Source of the DNA: Torpedo marmorata
Taxonomy: Eukaryota
DNA: 64,000 bases
NCBI GenBank assembly: GCA_977017645.1
Contig: OZ360247.1
Coordinates: forward strand, 26,722,001 to 26,786,000
Reading direction: 5' to 3'
Every line of letters starts with the position of its first letter. The stretch's first letter is position 1. The translations under genes and the position numbers were made by a program. A model generated the notes under the pieces. It did no database searches. It saw only the letters and a program-made list of their open reading frames with translations, and was not told the origin of the DNA. This document shows positions 52,832 through 64,000 of this stretch, piece by piece.

Positions 52832-53020
52832 CTGTCCTGTTATCATATCCAATTAACATCTTTTGTTGGTCTGGACTCCTCCCCCGGCCAGTCTTCAGTC
52901 TTTATTCTGATGCCTTCCTGTTCTTTGCTTATTCCTTGAAGAAGGGCTCAGGCCTGAAACGTCAGTAATGTCTTTGCCTCCTATGGACACTGCGAGACTG
53001 GCTCAGTTCCTCCAGCATAT
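52505..53020. mobile_element. Penelope-like pLTR fold-back around (GA)n
   Basis: 52556-52720 is the reverse complement of ~52838-53018; same subfamily as 1583-2108. Confidence 0.82.
52933..52966 (+). ncRNA. Minimal type-I hammerhead ribozyme-like motif in Penelope pLTR
   Basis: TTGAAGA-A-GGGC-TCAG-GCCT-GAAA-CG-TC: CUGAnGA-like core (U at position 3), 4-bp stem II, GAAA, palindromic ACGT and a GUC triplet. This is the architecture known for PLE hammerheads. Confidence 0.6.
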
Positions 53021-53077
53021 CTGGGCAAAATTAGGGGTCTTTGTGATTCTGAGGATGTGGAATCAGAAGTTCAGCAT

Positions 53078-53582
53078 CAAGATTCAAGATTCAATTTATT
53101 GTCAATTAATAAAAACAGTGCCATATTACACAAAATTGCTTTTGTCTGCTGTAAGGCAGACAAATTCGCCACCTGCAGAAATTGCCTAAAGCGCCTCTTA
53201 CAATCAGTCAGAGAAAGAGAAGCAAAAAAGAGATCCCCCCAGAGTCACAAAGTGTCTGTGTATTCGTCTCCAGCACTCCCGCAGCCTCCGCAGCCACACA
53301 GAGTCCAGTACAAACCATCAGCAACCCGAGCTCCAGATCCGAACCTCCGATACGATTAGGAACCCTTCGGCGCCCTCGGCAACCCCTCGCATCCTGGTTC
53401 TGATACCTGGTACCCCTTCAGCCAGTTTCGAGCCAGTCTCCAGCAGTCCACAGCCTGGTGTGAGTCCCTTGACCACAGTCTCCAACAGCCCACAGCCTGC
53501 GTGGGTTCCTCGCCTCGAGTCACCATCAGCCCGCCGCCTGTGTGGGTCCTTCTGCCGCAGAACCCCTCACTGGTCCACCGCA
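53078..53582 (-). mobile_element. 5'-truncated copy of the unclassified repeat
   Basis: Tail TGACAATAAATTGAATCTTGAATCTTGA on the minus strand; three ~37-bp internal subrepeats. Confidence 0.75.
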
Positions 53583-55404
53583 TAGATCATCCACATTGCA
53601 GTGTATTGCTTAGTCCCAGACTGCGTTTGGGGATTGAGAGATGGAGATGGTGACTGGGGAATGGAGTTTGTGGTGTGGTCTAAAGTTCCAAGCCAGTATT
53701 TAATTGCTTGTCCAATGCTGAAATAGAGTCATGCGTCATCTGTATACACGGAACATGAGATTTGTTCAGGCAAACAGCACATGATGAGAAATAAGAGGGA
53801 GCAATGAATAGCTGTGAGCAGCAGGGACTGGCTTTCCAGATGATTCTCCGGCTAAGAATGAATGTAAGGATGGTCAGCCCCCAGGCAGCTAGAAAACATG
53901 GGAGAGGCATTTGAGGAGGATGGAGTGGGTCTGCTGTGTCAACGGCTATACAGTGGATGAGCAGAATAAGGAGGAATGGTTTACCACAGCCACAGTTACA
54001 TGGAGTGTAATCCATGACTTTCACAAGGATGATTTTACTGCTGTAACTGTGTTAAAAACATAATAGTTCAAAGCACTCGAGGTTTGGGAGCAACAACTTT
54101 TTCCAGATTTAATCTTAGCTGTGAAGTCACTGGCGAAAGAATAACCAAGATCACCTCCACTTTCAATGGTTACACTTCGGAAATAAATCACTTGGGTGTG
54201 ATTCTACGTCTATGAAACATAATCTGAAATGACATGAGTCACAATCTTCAGGATGGAAGGGGTAGAGAAACTCAACATGAATCAAGCATAGTAATTTTCA
54301 GTTGTATATTTTACTTTCTGATGGAATGCACATTCATGTGTTGTAAGATGTTGAACAATTGCCGTGCCAAGAAGCTATTTAATGTTTTACTATTTATACT
54401 GGTGACCACTTATTAATATCACAAGTACTGGGACGGTTTAATATGGAAACTGGATTCCTGATATTCCTGAAAGCAATGCAACAAAATCTTCTCAGCGAAT
54501 ATCATTATTTAAATGAAAGTTTATCATGAAAAATCCTATTAAAGTTAATTAAGGAACCATTTTGAATATTTATACAGAAGAGTTCACCACATGGCGATTT
54601 TCATTTATGTTAAGAAACAAATCTCAGACAAACATTGGTTTCCTGCACTTAAGCATCAAGGGGCTTTAACATGCTGGGTGGTTATTACCAGCTGAACATG
54701 AAATATTATTTTATTTCCTACAAGCCATTAGTCATCACAGATCCCAAGTCAATGAAAACTGTGTGTATGCTCTTTTTTGACATACATTCAGAACCAACTG
54801 AACAAATTTAACCACACACATCATCTGCTGCGCAAAAGCAATTCTCTTGTTCATGGATTTGACTGTTGTTCAGAACCTCACCTGTTATCCCAAAGGACAA
54901 GTTTAGTTATCCCTCAGCAGACAACATTCTATGATATTCCAAGGGAATTGACTGAAGTGACAGTCAGAAAACACACTTATCACAATATTATATTGGTTCT
55001 AAAGGTTTAATTCTCCAGGTAATGTTTCAAAGTTTCAATACCGTAAAATGTACTAAGTATAAAATTCAACATAGGTTGTAGAGAAAATATGCAAAATTAT
55101 TCCATTCCATTGTGGGATTATTCGAATTTAAAGTATAAATAGCTTTTCCTTTTATGTTATGGCATGTTTTCAAAGATAGTTTGTGAATTATTTAGTCTTG
55201 CAGATTTGGCGAACACAGCACTCCAATATCCTGTGTTAAATGGCTAACCTAACATTAGCACAACAGAGAATAAAGTAGTAAGAACAGTAGTGATTTTTGT
55301 TCAATATCTCACAGTTTCAGCTTTGACCATTTATGTCTCTCCTCAGCCCTCTTCATCCTGTTTGAGTTATGTCCTCTCCAAATGGATCATGTGCAGTTAC
55401 ACCT

Positions 55405-55983
55405 TTTTAAAATATTTTTATTGAGTTTAACATATAAACAAATATACAAGAAAAAAAAGAAAACATATAGTCATACAAATTCGAAGGAAAAACAAGCAAA
55501 TGGAACTACTTTAACCAGTTCCCAAGTTTAAATATAAAACAAGTTATGAATATGTTATAAATTCAAGTTAAAACTCTTATTCCAAATTATTGACTAAAAT
55601 GAAAAATATTTTTAAAAATTCCAGAAAAAAAAATTCTAAAAGCTAATTCTAATCGAACCCCTCCCTCAATAAAAGGTTACCTTTATAACAAAGAGAAAAG
55701 AGATAATGGATCAGATAGCGATCTCCAGACCTCGGACAGAGAATCCTCGGAACACTCACGTTTATTAATTCTTCCAATCATGATAGTATTCTATAAATGG
55801 GCGCCATATCTTTAGAAATTGAAACTTTCTAGGTTTAATATTATATCTAATTTTCTCCAAGCTCAGATAAGACATTACATCCTGTAACCACTGTCTATGT
55901 ATCGGTGATGAATCGTCTTTCCATTTCAATAAAATTGCTCGTCTGGCTATCAACGTGGAAAAGGCTAGAACAGTTAACACCAA
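55405..55983 (-). mobile_element. L1-clade LINE 3' end (fish-type ORF2 C-terminus plus 3' UTR)
   Basis: LAFSTLIARRAILLKWK...WLQDVMSYLSLEKIRY...FLKIWRPFIEY, T-rich UTR, AATAAA and A-rich tail near 55405-55422. Confidence 0.8.
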
Positions 55984-56904
55984 CTGTCACTAACCCCATT
56001 TTCTTCACAGACAGGCTCACACCTCTAACCAAATCTCTCTCTGTTTGCTTTCTAACCTTTCCTGGTATCGATGAAAGGTAATTGGTCTTAAATATTTACT
56101 TCACTCTGACTCCATAGATGCTGCATGACCTACTGAGTATCTCCAAAGTTTTCTGTTCTATTCCTAACTTAAGTTAGCTGACTTGATTGTTCAATAGAAC
56201 ACTTGAAACCAATCCCAATACATTGCTCTTTGAGAGATATAATTTAGATTTCAGCATTTCAGACTCAACAAAATCCCTGTTTGAATAAACCACCCAATCC
56301 ATTGCAGAAACAACCAATTTGTCAGTAAATGGCAGTTTATTATTATGGTAAATATTATGAGTAGAGACATACATAAAAACAAAATGGTTTAAGGCAAAAG
56401 CTTTAGATGAGACTGCAGGGAATTTTTTATTCAGAAGTGGTTGGAATATTTAACAAGCTTCCTGAGGAGGTGTGGAGACAGGTACATTCACAACATTTAA
56501 GAAGCACCTGGACATACTTGAATTGCCAAGGCACATAAAGCTATATAGGTAAATAGGATGATCTTAGAGATAGTACAATGGCTGATATGCTGTAATTTGG
56601 GGAAAAGTGCAATAAATTTCCTGATGGTTTTGTGGAAATCACTGCCTCAATTGCACTGCCCTCATCAACTCTATGATTCTTCGTCAAAAAACGAAACCAA
56701 TTTAATAGAATTAATGGGCATAAACTGCAAATAAAACGGGTTAAGGTGAGTACTCCCAGGGTGTTGGGGTAGAACTGACATAAGTGGCACAAAGTTGACA
56801 AAACCATTTCCTGCCAGAATTTGTACAAATACATAAATATTTATAGTACATATACTATATGTACTTACAGTATGTATTCCATAGGTATGTTGAATAAACT
56901 GCAA

Positions 56905-57131
56905 GGCAACATGGTTAGCGTAGCTATTACAGTGCCAGCAACACGGATTCAAATCTGGCGCTGTCTGTAAGGAGTTTGTATGTTCTCCCCGTGTCTGCAT
57001 GGGTTTCCTCCGGGTGCTCCGGTTTCCTCCCACCCTTCAAAACGTACGGGAGTTGTAGGTTAATTGGGGTATTTGGGCAGCACGGACTTGTGGGCCGGAT
57101 GGGCCTGTTACTGTGCTGTATGTCTAAAAAA
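56905..57131 (+). mobile_element. V-SINE/HE1-like SINE
   Basis: Match to the family, degenerate head. Confidence 0.8.
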
Positions 57132-58622
57132 ATAGTGCTAATCCAAAGCAAATGGTTCCACTTTTCATTATGGAGTTAATAATACAATACAAGATAAATA
57201 TTGCAAGTGGTTGCTAAAGGAACATTGTCATCATTTTATCAAAATAATATGACTGTTGTCACTGTAATGTCAGAAGTAAGTTATTTCACAGAGAGTGGTG
57301 GGTGCCTGGAATGCATTGCTGGGGTTGGTGATGGGGCTGGTAAAATAGGGACATTTAAAAGCCTCTTATATAGGCACATGTTAGAAAAAAAAGAGAGTTA
57401 TGGGTGTGAGGTCGGGAAGGATTTGATGGTTGTACAGTATGTTTATATAGGTGGCCACAACATAAAATACTGTCCTGCGATATTCTATGTTCTCACACAG
57501 AATTGATTGGTCTGAATTTAGCATTCAACAGTGCTAGTTATTTGTTATATTTATGCTTTCCCTGGAAATTCCATGGACTTTTGTATTAGAATGTATAGCG
57601 ATTAGAAATTTTGATGTGGATTTTTGGAACCAATGAGACAATTAAAATGACAGAGATTCTCCTTAATCCAATCAGCTGAAAGAAGTTTATTGAAAGTTTT
57701 AAACTAGAAATTATGAGTTAGGAATAGCTAAGTCAATGCCAACTCACCTACTGAAAGTGAAATAAAAAGGGAAAGGAAGAGATGAGATTAAGAGAAAGAA
57801 AGGAAAATTGACATAGAGCTTGTTTGGAAGGAATTATTGCACAGTCGCTGTGTGCTGCCAGAGATAACAAAGGTCTGGAGCCAGATCCCAGTCATCCTGA
57901 GAGCCTTGGCTCACACAGTGTATCGAGGATGTCACTCCAATTCCATCAGACAGCACTCAGAAGAAGGAATGTGCTGAGATCACCATTTGTAGAAGTTTTC
58001 TGTGTGTGGCAGTATAGCTAATAAATAGATTACTAATAAATAAATAGAAACTCACAGTTACAAATTTATGCTCTACCATTTTTTTTTCTGAAATCTGAGC
58101 TTCCTGATGAGAATACGTTTTGGGAAAACCTCTGGAGGAACAGGACAATTTAGGCTTTGATTGTCTGAGTTACAGTTTAGATGCTGCTAACTTTAATTTC
58201 AATACTGGCGAGCTTGATCATTTTAGAAATGTTGTTTAAAATGCCAATATCTGTGCAAAGGTGCTGCAGATTTTATTGTCTTGCTGAAATTTTACTAGTC
58301 GTAATTGTAGATCTATTGGAATTATTTGCATTGTCGGATATTTTGTGCCTCAAAGACGTATAACGTATCTTAATTTTATTCCTTTTCTTTTTATGCACAT
58401 CACTCATTGCTTCCTTATCTCAACAGTGTCTGTAGGGTAAACTTCTTTGAAATTAATTAGTTTTTAACAAAAGAAATAGGAAACGAGAACATCCATGGGA
58501 GGGTATCATACATCCCTTTCCAACCCTGCCCCTAAACATCAACATTTCCATTTTGCTTGCACCAACCATCAATGAGAAATCATGGGTGTTCTCATTTCCT
58601 ATCTTTCTCTTGTTGAAAACAA

Positions 58623-58892
58623 GGGGTGGCACGGTTGGCGTAGTGGTTAGCGCAACGCCTTTACAGAGCCAGCGATCAGGACCGGGGTTCGAATCCCGTG
58701 CTGTCTGTAAGGAGTTTGTACGTTCTCCCCGTGTCTGCGTGGGTTTTCCCCGGGTGCTCCGGTTTCCTCCCACCGTTCGAAACATACCGGGGATGTAGGT
58801 TAATTGCGTGTAAATTGGGCGGCACGGACACGTGGGCCGAAATGGCCTGTTACCGTGCTGTATGTCTAAATTTAAATTTAAAAATTTAATTT
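58623..58892 (+). mobile_element. V-SINE/HE1-like SINE (young-looking copy)
   Basis: Intact A/B boxes, CpGs retained, (TTTAAA)n tail; a partial inverted copy lies at ~59312-59420. Confidence 0.88.
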
Positions 58893-58902
58893 GAAAACAA
58901 AG

Positions 58903-59310
58903 TAGAATCAGAATCAGGTTTATTGTCATGAACATGTGTCACAAAATTTGTTGTTTCGTGGCAGCAGTTTTGTGCATTACAGGTGCAAAATTGCTATAAA
59001 TTACAGTTCCGTAAATACAAGATTTAAAAGATTTAATGAAGTATAGCCGCTGGCGAGTCTTCTTCATGATTGCATTGACATGATGGCCCCAGAATAGATC
59101 TTCAGAGATGATGACACCCAGGAATTTGAAGTTCCTTACCCTCTCCACTGCTGACCCCTCGATGAGGACTGGTTTGTGTTCTCCTGTTTTCCCCTTCCTG
59201 AAGTCCACAATCAATTCCTTCGTTTTGCTGACATTGAGTGAAAGGTTGATATTGTGACACCACTCAACTCGCTGATCTATCTCACTCCTGTATGCTTCCT
59301 CATTGCCGCC
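58903..59310 (-). mobile_element. Internally deleted Rex1/L2-type LINE
   Basis: IVDFRKGK...FKFLGVIISEDLFW...RQRLYF joined almost directly to an AATAAA(CTGATT)n tail. Confidence 0.75.
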
Positions 59311-60354
59311 TTAAATTTTAAATTAAAAAAAATAAATTTAGACATACAGCACTGTAACAGGCCATTTCGGCCCTACGAGTCCGTGCCACCCAATTTACAC
59401 CCCATTAACCTACACCCCCGGTCTGTAATAAGGTTTCCCCCCACAATCACTGTTGAGATCAGGAAACACACAATTTATGATTGGTGTTTGTCGATGAGCG
59501 CACTCCAAAATGCTAAGGAATGGAACTGCTATAGAATGCTGTGGTTTTTATTAGGAGTGAACCATCAGCAATGTGTTTTATATCAGAAGCTATAAAAGGC
59601 AGTGATCGATTAATGGGACAGCTACATTCTAGACTGCTTAATTTCCTTCAATTCCTCGTGGTTGGTTATTTTCTGATGGCCTTTGTCTCCAAATCTACAC
59701 ATATCCATAAATTTATTTTCAGTTGCTAGTTAATTTACAATCTTTGAACCTATGGGGATAACACAGCTTTAAATAACTATGTTAAGAAAGTATGCTCTGG
59801 AGAAAGTGGATTTAACAGGATACATGACCTGATTTCCAGAGTTAGCCAGTAGAAAATACAACCTTATTCTTTCTTTTAGCTTTTTTCAATTGTTTAAAAA
59901 ATACGTTCAGCAAAATCTCAAGCATTGCAAGTCAGTTGAAACTTCAGCAATCTGAATCAAATCTGCTGTCAATAAATTCATTGCAGCATTTTGCTGTTGT
60001 TGAAAGTACCATCCCCAGCACCAGTAATGATCAATCCTGATAAACCCATAAGAATTTGCCAAGTAAGGATCAAAATGATGGGGTCAAGATTGCTGTGAGG
60101 TGATATTGAAAGGACACCTGTGAAGAATCACTTAACAAGTCTTCATCCAACTGAACCATCCCCAGAATGTTCAGTGCTCTGCATTTCCAATCTGCTAAAA
60201 TTTTACAAAATATTTGGGAAAAAATATCAACTTTATAAAATTTAGAAAATTTTAACCCCATTAGAGAAGATGATAGGAAATTCTCTTCTTGGACACTTTG
60301 CTCGCTGCAAAGTCCGAGATGAAGGTGCAACAATGCTTCTACTTTCTGATGAGA

Positions 60355-60960
60355 TATGGCACGTCATACCAAACTTCTACAGGTGTACTGTGGGAAGTGT
60401 ACCGACTGCTTGCATCATCACCTTGTTTGGAAACTCAAGTGCTCGGGAAAGCAGAAGCCTGCAGAAAATGGCAAACCTAGCCAAGTACAGTGAGGGGATT
60501 GACCTTCCATCCACTGAAGATATCTATGTGAGGTGCTTCCTCAAGAAGGCAGCCAACATTAGAAAGGATCCTCATCATCTTGGTCATGATCTCCTCTCAC
60601 TACCACCTTCAGTGAAAGGGTACAGAAACTTAAAGCTGAGCACCTCTAGGCTCAAGAACAGTTCTTATTTTTTTCCCAACAACCATCCGGCTCATATCAC
60701 ACTAGCCATGCCCTATTTCACGACCACCAAAATGTCTGTCTGCACTATTGAAACATCACTTTTCATTAGAACTAACTACAACTGTGAATGTGCATTTATC
60801 TATCCATTTCTATTTATTTATTTTTTTTTGTCTTGTGGCCCCATTTAATTTATATTATTGCTGTTGGTGTATCTTACATAGCTGTGTGGCTGCAGCAAGT
60901 AAGAATTTCAGTGGATCTGTACGTTATACTTAAGTATGACAAAAATACTCTCATATCATA
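60355..60960 (+). mobile_element. Older Rex1/L2-type LINE 3' fragment
   Basis: NFYRCTVGS...KAANIRKDPHHLGHDLLSLPPS...TSRLKNS. Confidence 0.75.
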
Positions 60961-60985
60961 TCAATTACAGGAGATTTATACGTTA

Positions 60986-61255
60986 GGGCGCCACGGTTGG
61001 CGTAGCGGTTAGCGCAATGCCTTTGCAGCGCCAGCGATCGGGACCGGGGGTGTAGGTATCCCGCGCTGTCTGTAAGGAGTTTGTACATTCTTCCTGTGTC
61101 TGCGTGGGTTTTCCCTGGGGGCTCTGGTTTCCTCCCACCGCTCGAAAAGTACCGGGGATGTAGGTTAATTAGGTTTAAATTGGGCGGCACGGACCCATGG
61201 GCCAAAATGGCCTGTTACCGTGCTGTATGTCTAAAATAAAATAAATTAAAAATTT
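60986..61255 (+). mobile_element. V-SINE/HE1-like SINE
   Basis: Match to the family; B box disrupted. Confidence 0.83.
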
Positions 61256-61289
61256 TGCTTGAAGCTGTATTTAAAGAAAGTCTAATGGT

Positions 61290-62196
61290 GCATTTCTGTA
61301 TGGTAGTGGGTTGTTCAAAAATGGCGATGAGTCAGCATGAAGGAGGGAGATTGAAAACTTGGCTGAATGGTGCACCAACAACAACCTCGCACTCAATGTC
61401 TCTAAAACCAAGGAGCTGATTGTTGACTTCAGGAAGGGAAAATCAGAGGTGTATGATCCAGTGATCACTGGAGAATCAGAGGTGGAGAGGGTGAGCAAAT
61501 TTAAGTTCTTGGGAGTCACTATCTCAGAGGATCTTTCCTGGACCTAACACACCAATGGCATCGTGAAGAAAGCACATCAGCGCCTCTACTTCCTCAGGAG
61601 TTTGCGGACATTTGCTATGACATCAGAAATCCTGGCAAATTTCGAGAGATGTGTGGTGGAATGTGTGCTGACCAGCTGCATCACGGTCTGGTATGGGGTC
61701 ACCAATACCCCTGAGCTGAAAGCCCTGAAAAAGGTAGTGGACACAGCCCAGGATATCACAGGCAAAACCCTCCCTTCCATTGAGAACATCTATAGGGAAC
61801 GCTGCTGTCGGAGAGCAGCAGCAATTATCAAGGATCCACATCACCCAGCACACACTCTGTTCTCACTGCTACCATCAGGAAAGAGTATAGCTGACACAAG
61901 ACTTGCATCACCAGGTTCAGGAATAGCTGCTACCCCTCCACCATTGGACTCCTCAACAACAAACTCAATCAGGGACTTATTTAAGGATTCTTACTTTTGC
62001 ACTTTATTGATTTTTTTTTTCTCTCTGTATTGCACAGTCAGTTTGTTTACATTTCTTTATTTGTTTACATGTGCACGTTGAGTCAGTTTTTGTGTGCACT
62101 ACCAATGTGGTAATTCTGCCTCGCCTGCAGGAAAAAGAATCTCAGGGTTGTATGTGATGTCATGTATGTACTCTGACAATAAATCTGAAATCTGAA
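61290..62196 (+). mobile_element. Rex1/Babar-L2-type LINE 3' fragment
   Basis: WCTNNNLALNVSKTKELIVDFRK, FKFLGVTISEDLSW, KKAHQRLYFLRSL, KDPHHPAH; tail TGACAATAAA(TCTGAAA)2. Confidence 0.88.
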
Positions 62197-62530
62197 AAAA
62201 GTGAATTTGGCAGCGTTTGCTTTCAGAAGGCTTCATGAACTTAATCAACATTTATTTCAATGTTTTCAGAAAGTAAACTACTGGTGTTGTTCATATCTTA
62301 AAGATTAGACATTAAATCAAGGTACAACCTATGCTCTCAGGAAGCTGTACAAAATCTCACAGCCCTATTTTGAAGAAGAACAGGAGAATTCTCTCTGGAG
62401 CATCGTCCAAGGTACATCCTTTGACCACATTTCTAAAAGCACAGAAACTATTCATGCACAGATTTCTATTTGTGGGACATTTCTATGCACATATTTCCTC
62501 CATGGTGGAAGCAGCAACACAAAAACACTT

Positions 62531-62761
62531 CAGTAGAAGTCCAAAAATCCGGATGCCAGAAACACGGACCACCCAAGAATCCGGACTTTTCGAAAACTCT
62601 CAAACTTTTTAAATTTAGCGGGCTTTTGTGTGCATGCATAAGTGCCACAGATGCACAAGCGACCATGCTTGTTGACTTTATTTTTCTTTAAAATACAGTG
62701 GAAGTCCGAAAATCCAGTCTGACCCAATCCCCGAGCAGTCCGGATTTTTGGACTTTTACTG
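62531..62761. mobile_element. Tigger-like MITE with duplicated left TIR
   Basis: Left TIRs CAGTAGAAGTCCAAAAATCCGGA (62531) and TA|CAGTGGAAGTCCGAAAATCC (62696); right TIR TCCGGATTTTTGGACTTTTACTG|TA (ends 62761). Confidence 0.78.
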
Positions 62762-62994
62762 TATTTCCTTGGCTGTTAAATGCTTTGGTACATCCTAAGT
62801 TGTAAAAGGGAATGTATAAATGAATATTCTTCCTTTCTTTAAAAATGTATTGGGCTATCATGGAGTACAGCTATGGACCTCAACTCTGGCAGGCCACGGT
62901 GACACTTGCATGTGCACAACCACATGGGGTCTTTTTCAATTTATTTAAGCCATGTGTGGGCATTTCTGGCCATGGCCAGCATCTATTGCCCCAT

Positions 62995-63275
62995 CGCTTC
63001 TCAGCATTTTTCTCTTCTACCCTCCTGCTTATATCCACCCCTGACCTCTTATATGTTAGTCTGCACTCCCCTGCCCTGTTCCTCCCTCCCTCCTCTCCTC
63101 TCGACCCCCACCTTTTTATTGAAGCAACTGCCTGCTTTTTGCTCATACCTTGACAAAGGGCTCAGGCACAAAATGTTGGTTACTCTTTACTTCCCATAGA
63201 TGCTGCATGACTTGCTGAGTCTCTCCAGAGCCTTTGTGTATTGCACTACAATCACAGCGTCTGCAGACTTTCCTG
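62995..63275 (+). mobile_element. Penelope-like pLTR fragment
   Basis: Pyrimidine tract, then CCTTGACAAAGGGCTCAGGCACAAAATG (decayed hammerhead) and the gctgagt.tctccag...tctgcagacttt end. Shorter relatives lie at ~5240-5330, 5595-5690, 21480-21600, 29428-29555, 34858-34985, 35890-35990, 37655-37760, 39765-39885, 40030-40235 and 56070-56160. Confidence 0.7.
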
Positions 63276-63280
63276 TTTAA

Positions 63281-64000
63281 GCAACGGCAGCACTGCCGCT
63301 GGTGCGGACCCACAGAGAGCGAGGAGAGGAGACACACCGCTCCTTCGTAGGATTCTACTGCCCAGTTCAACTACTGACATCTCTGCACAGGCTTTAAAAG
63401 GCCTGTTTAATTAGCCAACGTTGTGTTATTTTAAAATCCTACGACCGTGGGATCTGGGCTCAAGAGGGCGGCGTTTGTGTTAGGCAGCAGCATTGAGGGG
63501 TTACAGACGCTGGGGAAGCAGAGGACTGACGCAGGGCACCAGAAAATGGGGAGACCACCCCCTTGCTTGAGAACGAGAAGCAGAGGAGATGACCCTACAG
63601 TACCACGGCAGCTCTGCGGCTGAAGAACACACGGTGGCAGCAGGCTGTTGGTGAATCGAGGCAAGGAACCCATGCAGGCTCTGGGATGCTGGCGACTGCA
63701 GTCAAAGGACTTGCACCAGGCTGTGTGTGATCTGCTGGAGACTGTCTCAAGACTTGCCGAAGGAGTACCAGGTATTGGAACCTGGATGCCAGAGGGTGCC
63801 GAGGGCGCTGAAATCTTCCTGATCGCATCGATTTGGATGTGGAGCTCGGGTTGCTGATGGTTTGGACTGAAGTCTGTGTGGCTGCGGAGGCTGCGGGAAC
63901 GCTGGAGGTGAAGCCAAGGACACTAAGTGACCCTGGAGGGACTCTCTTTTGCTTCTCTTTCTCTAACTATAAGAGGTGTCCAGTATTTTCTGCTGATGGC
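63281..64000 (+). mobile_element. Copy of the unclassified repeat with intact 5' end, running off the window
   Basis: Starts AACGGCAGCACTGCCGCTGGTGCGGACCC, the same point at which the 13320-14148 copy starts. Confidence 0.75.

Noticed and set aside
58623-58700. tRNA genes at A/B-box sequences
   Set aside because: Each continues into the same SINE body and tail; these are SINE heads, not tRNAs.
61359-62081. Possible host gene (ALKBH8-N/DUF1891-like peptide)
   Set aside because: Multi-copy in the window, with an in-frame stop and a LINE tail; it is LINE ORF2 remnant.

Overview
Vertebrate genomic DNA. The repeat complement (HE1/V-SINE-like SINEs, CR1, Rex1/L2-type LINEs, Penelope-like elements) points to a cartilaginous fish, probably a shark or ray; this is an inference. 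The only cellular gene I can support is a complete three-exon MEOX1 (mesenchyme homeobox 1) on the minus strand: CDS exons 44228-43766, 29039-28867 and 24549-24355, 276 aa, with canonical GT-AG introns of ~14.7 kb and ~4.3 kb. The rest is intronic or intergenic and transposon-rich. It includes a decayed full-length Mag-like Gypsy element nested in a Rex1-type LINE nested in a CR1, an internally deleted Gypsy element, and many Penelope-like pseudo-LTR fragments carrying minimal hammerhead-ribozyme motifs, often in fold-back arrangement. It also holds about a dozen tRNA-derived SINEs, Tc1/mariner-Tigger MITEs, an L1 3' end, a 17-bp hairpin minisatellite, and five copies of an unclassified ~830-bp non-coding retroposon-like family. 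The most interesting leads are the variant-core hammerheads, the unclassified 830-bp family, two LTR insertions flanked by long duplications instead of short TSDs, and unusual MEOX1 protein features. No database searches were run; family names come from recognised motifs, and repeat boundaries are approximate unless stated.
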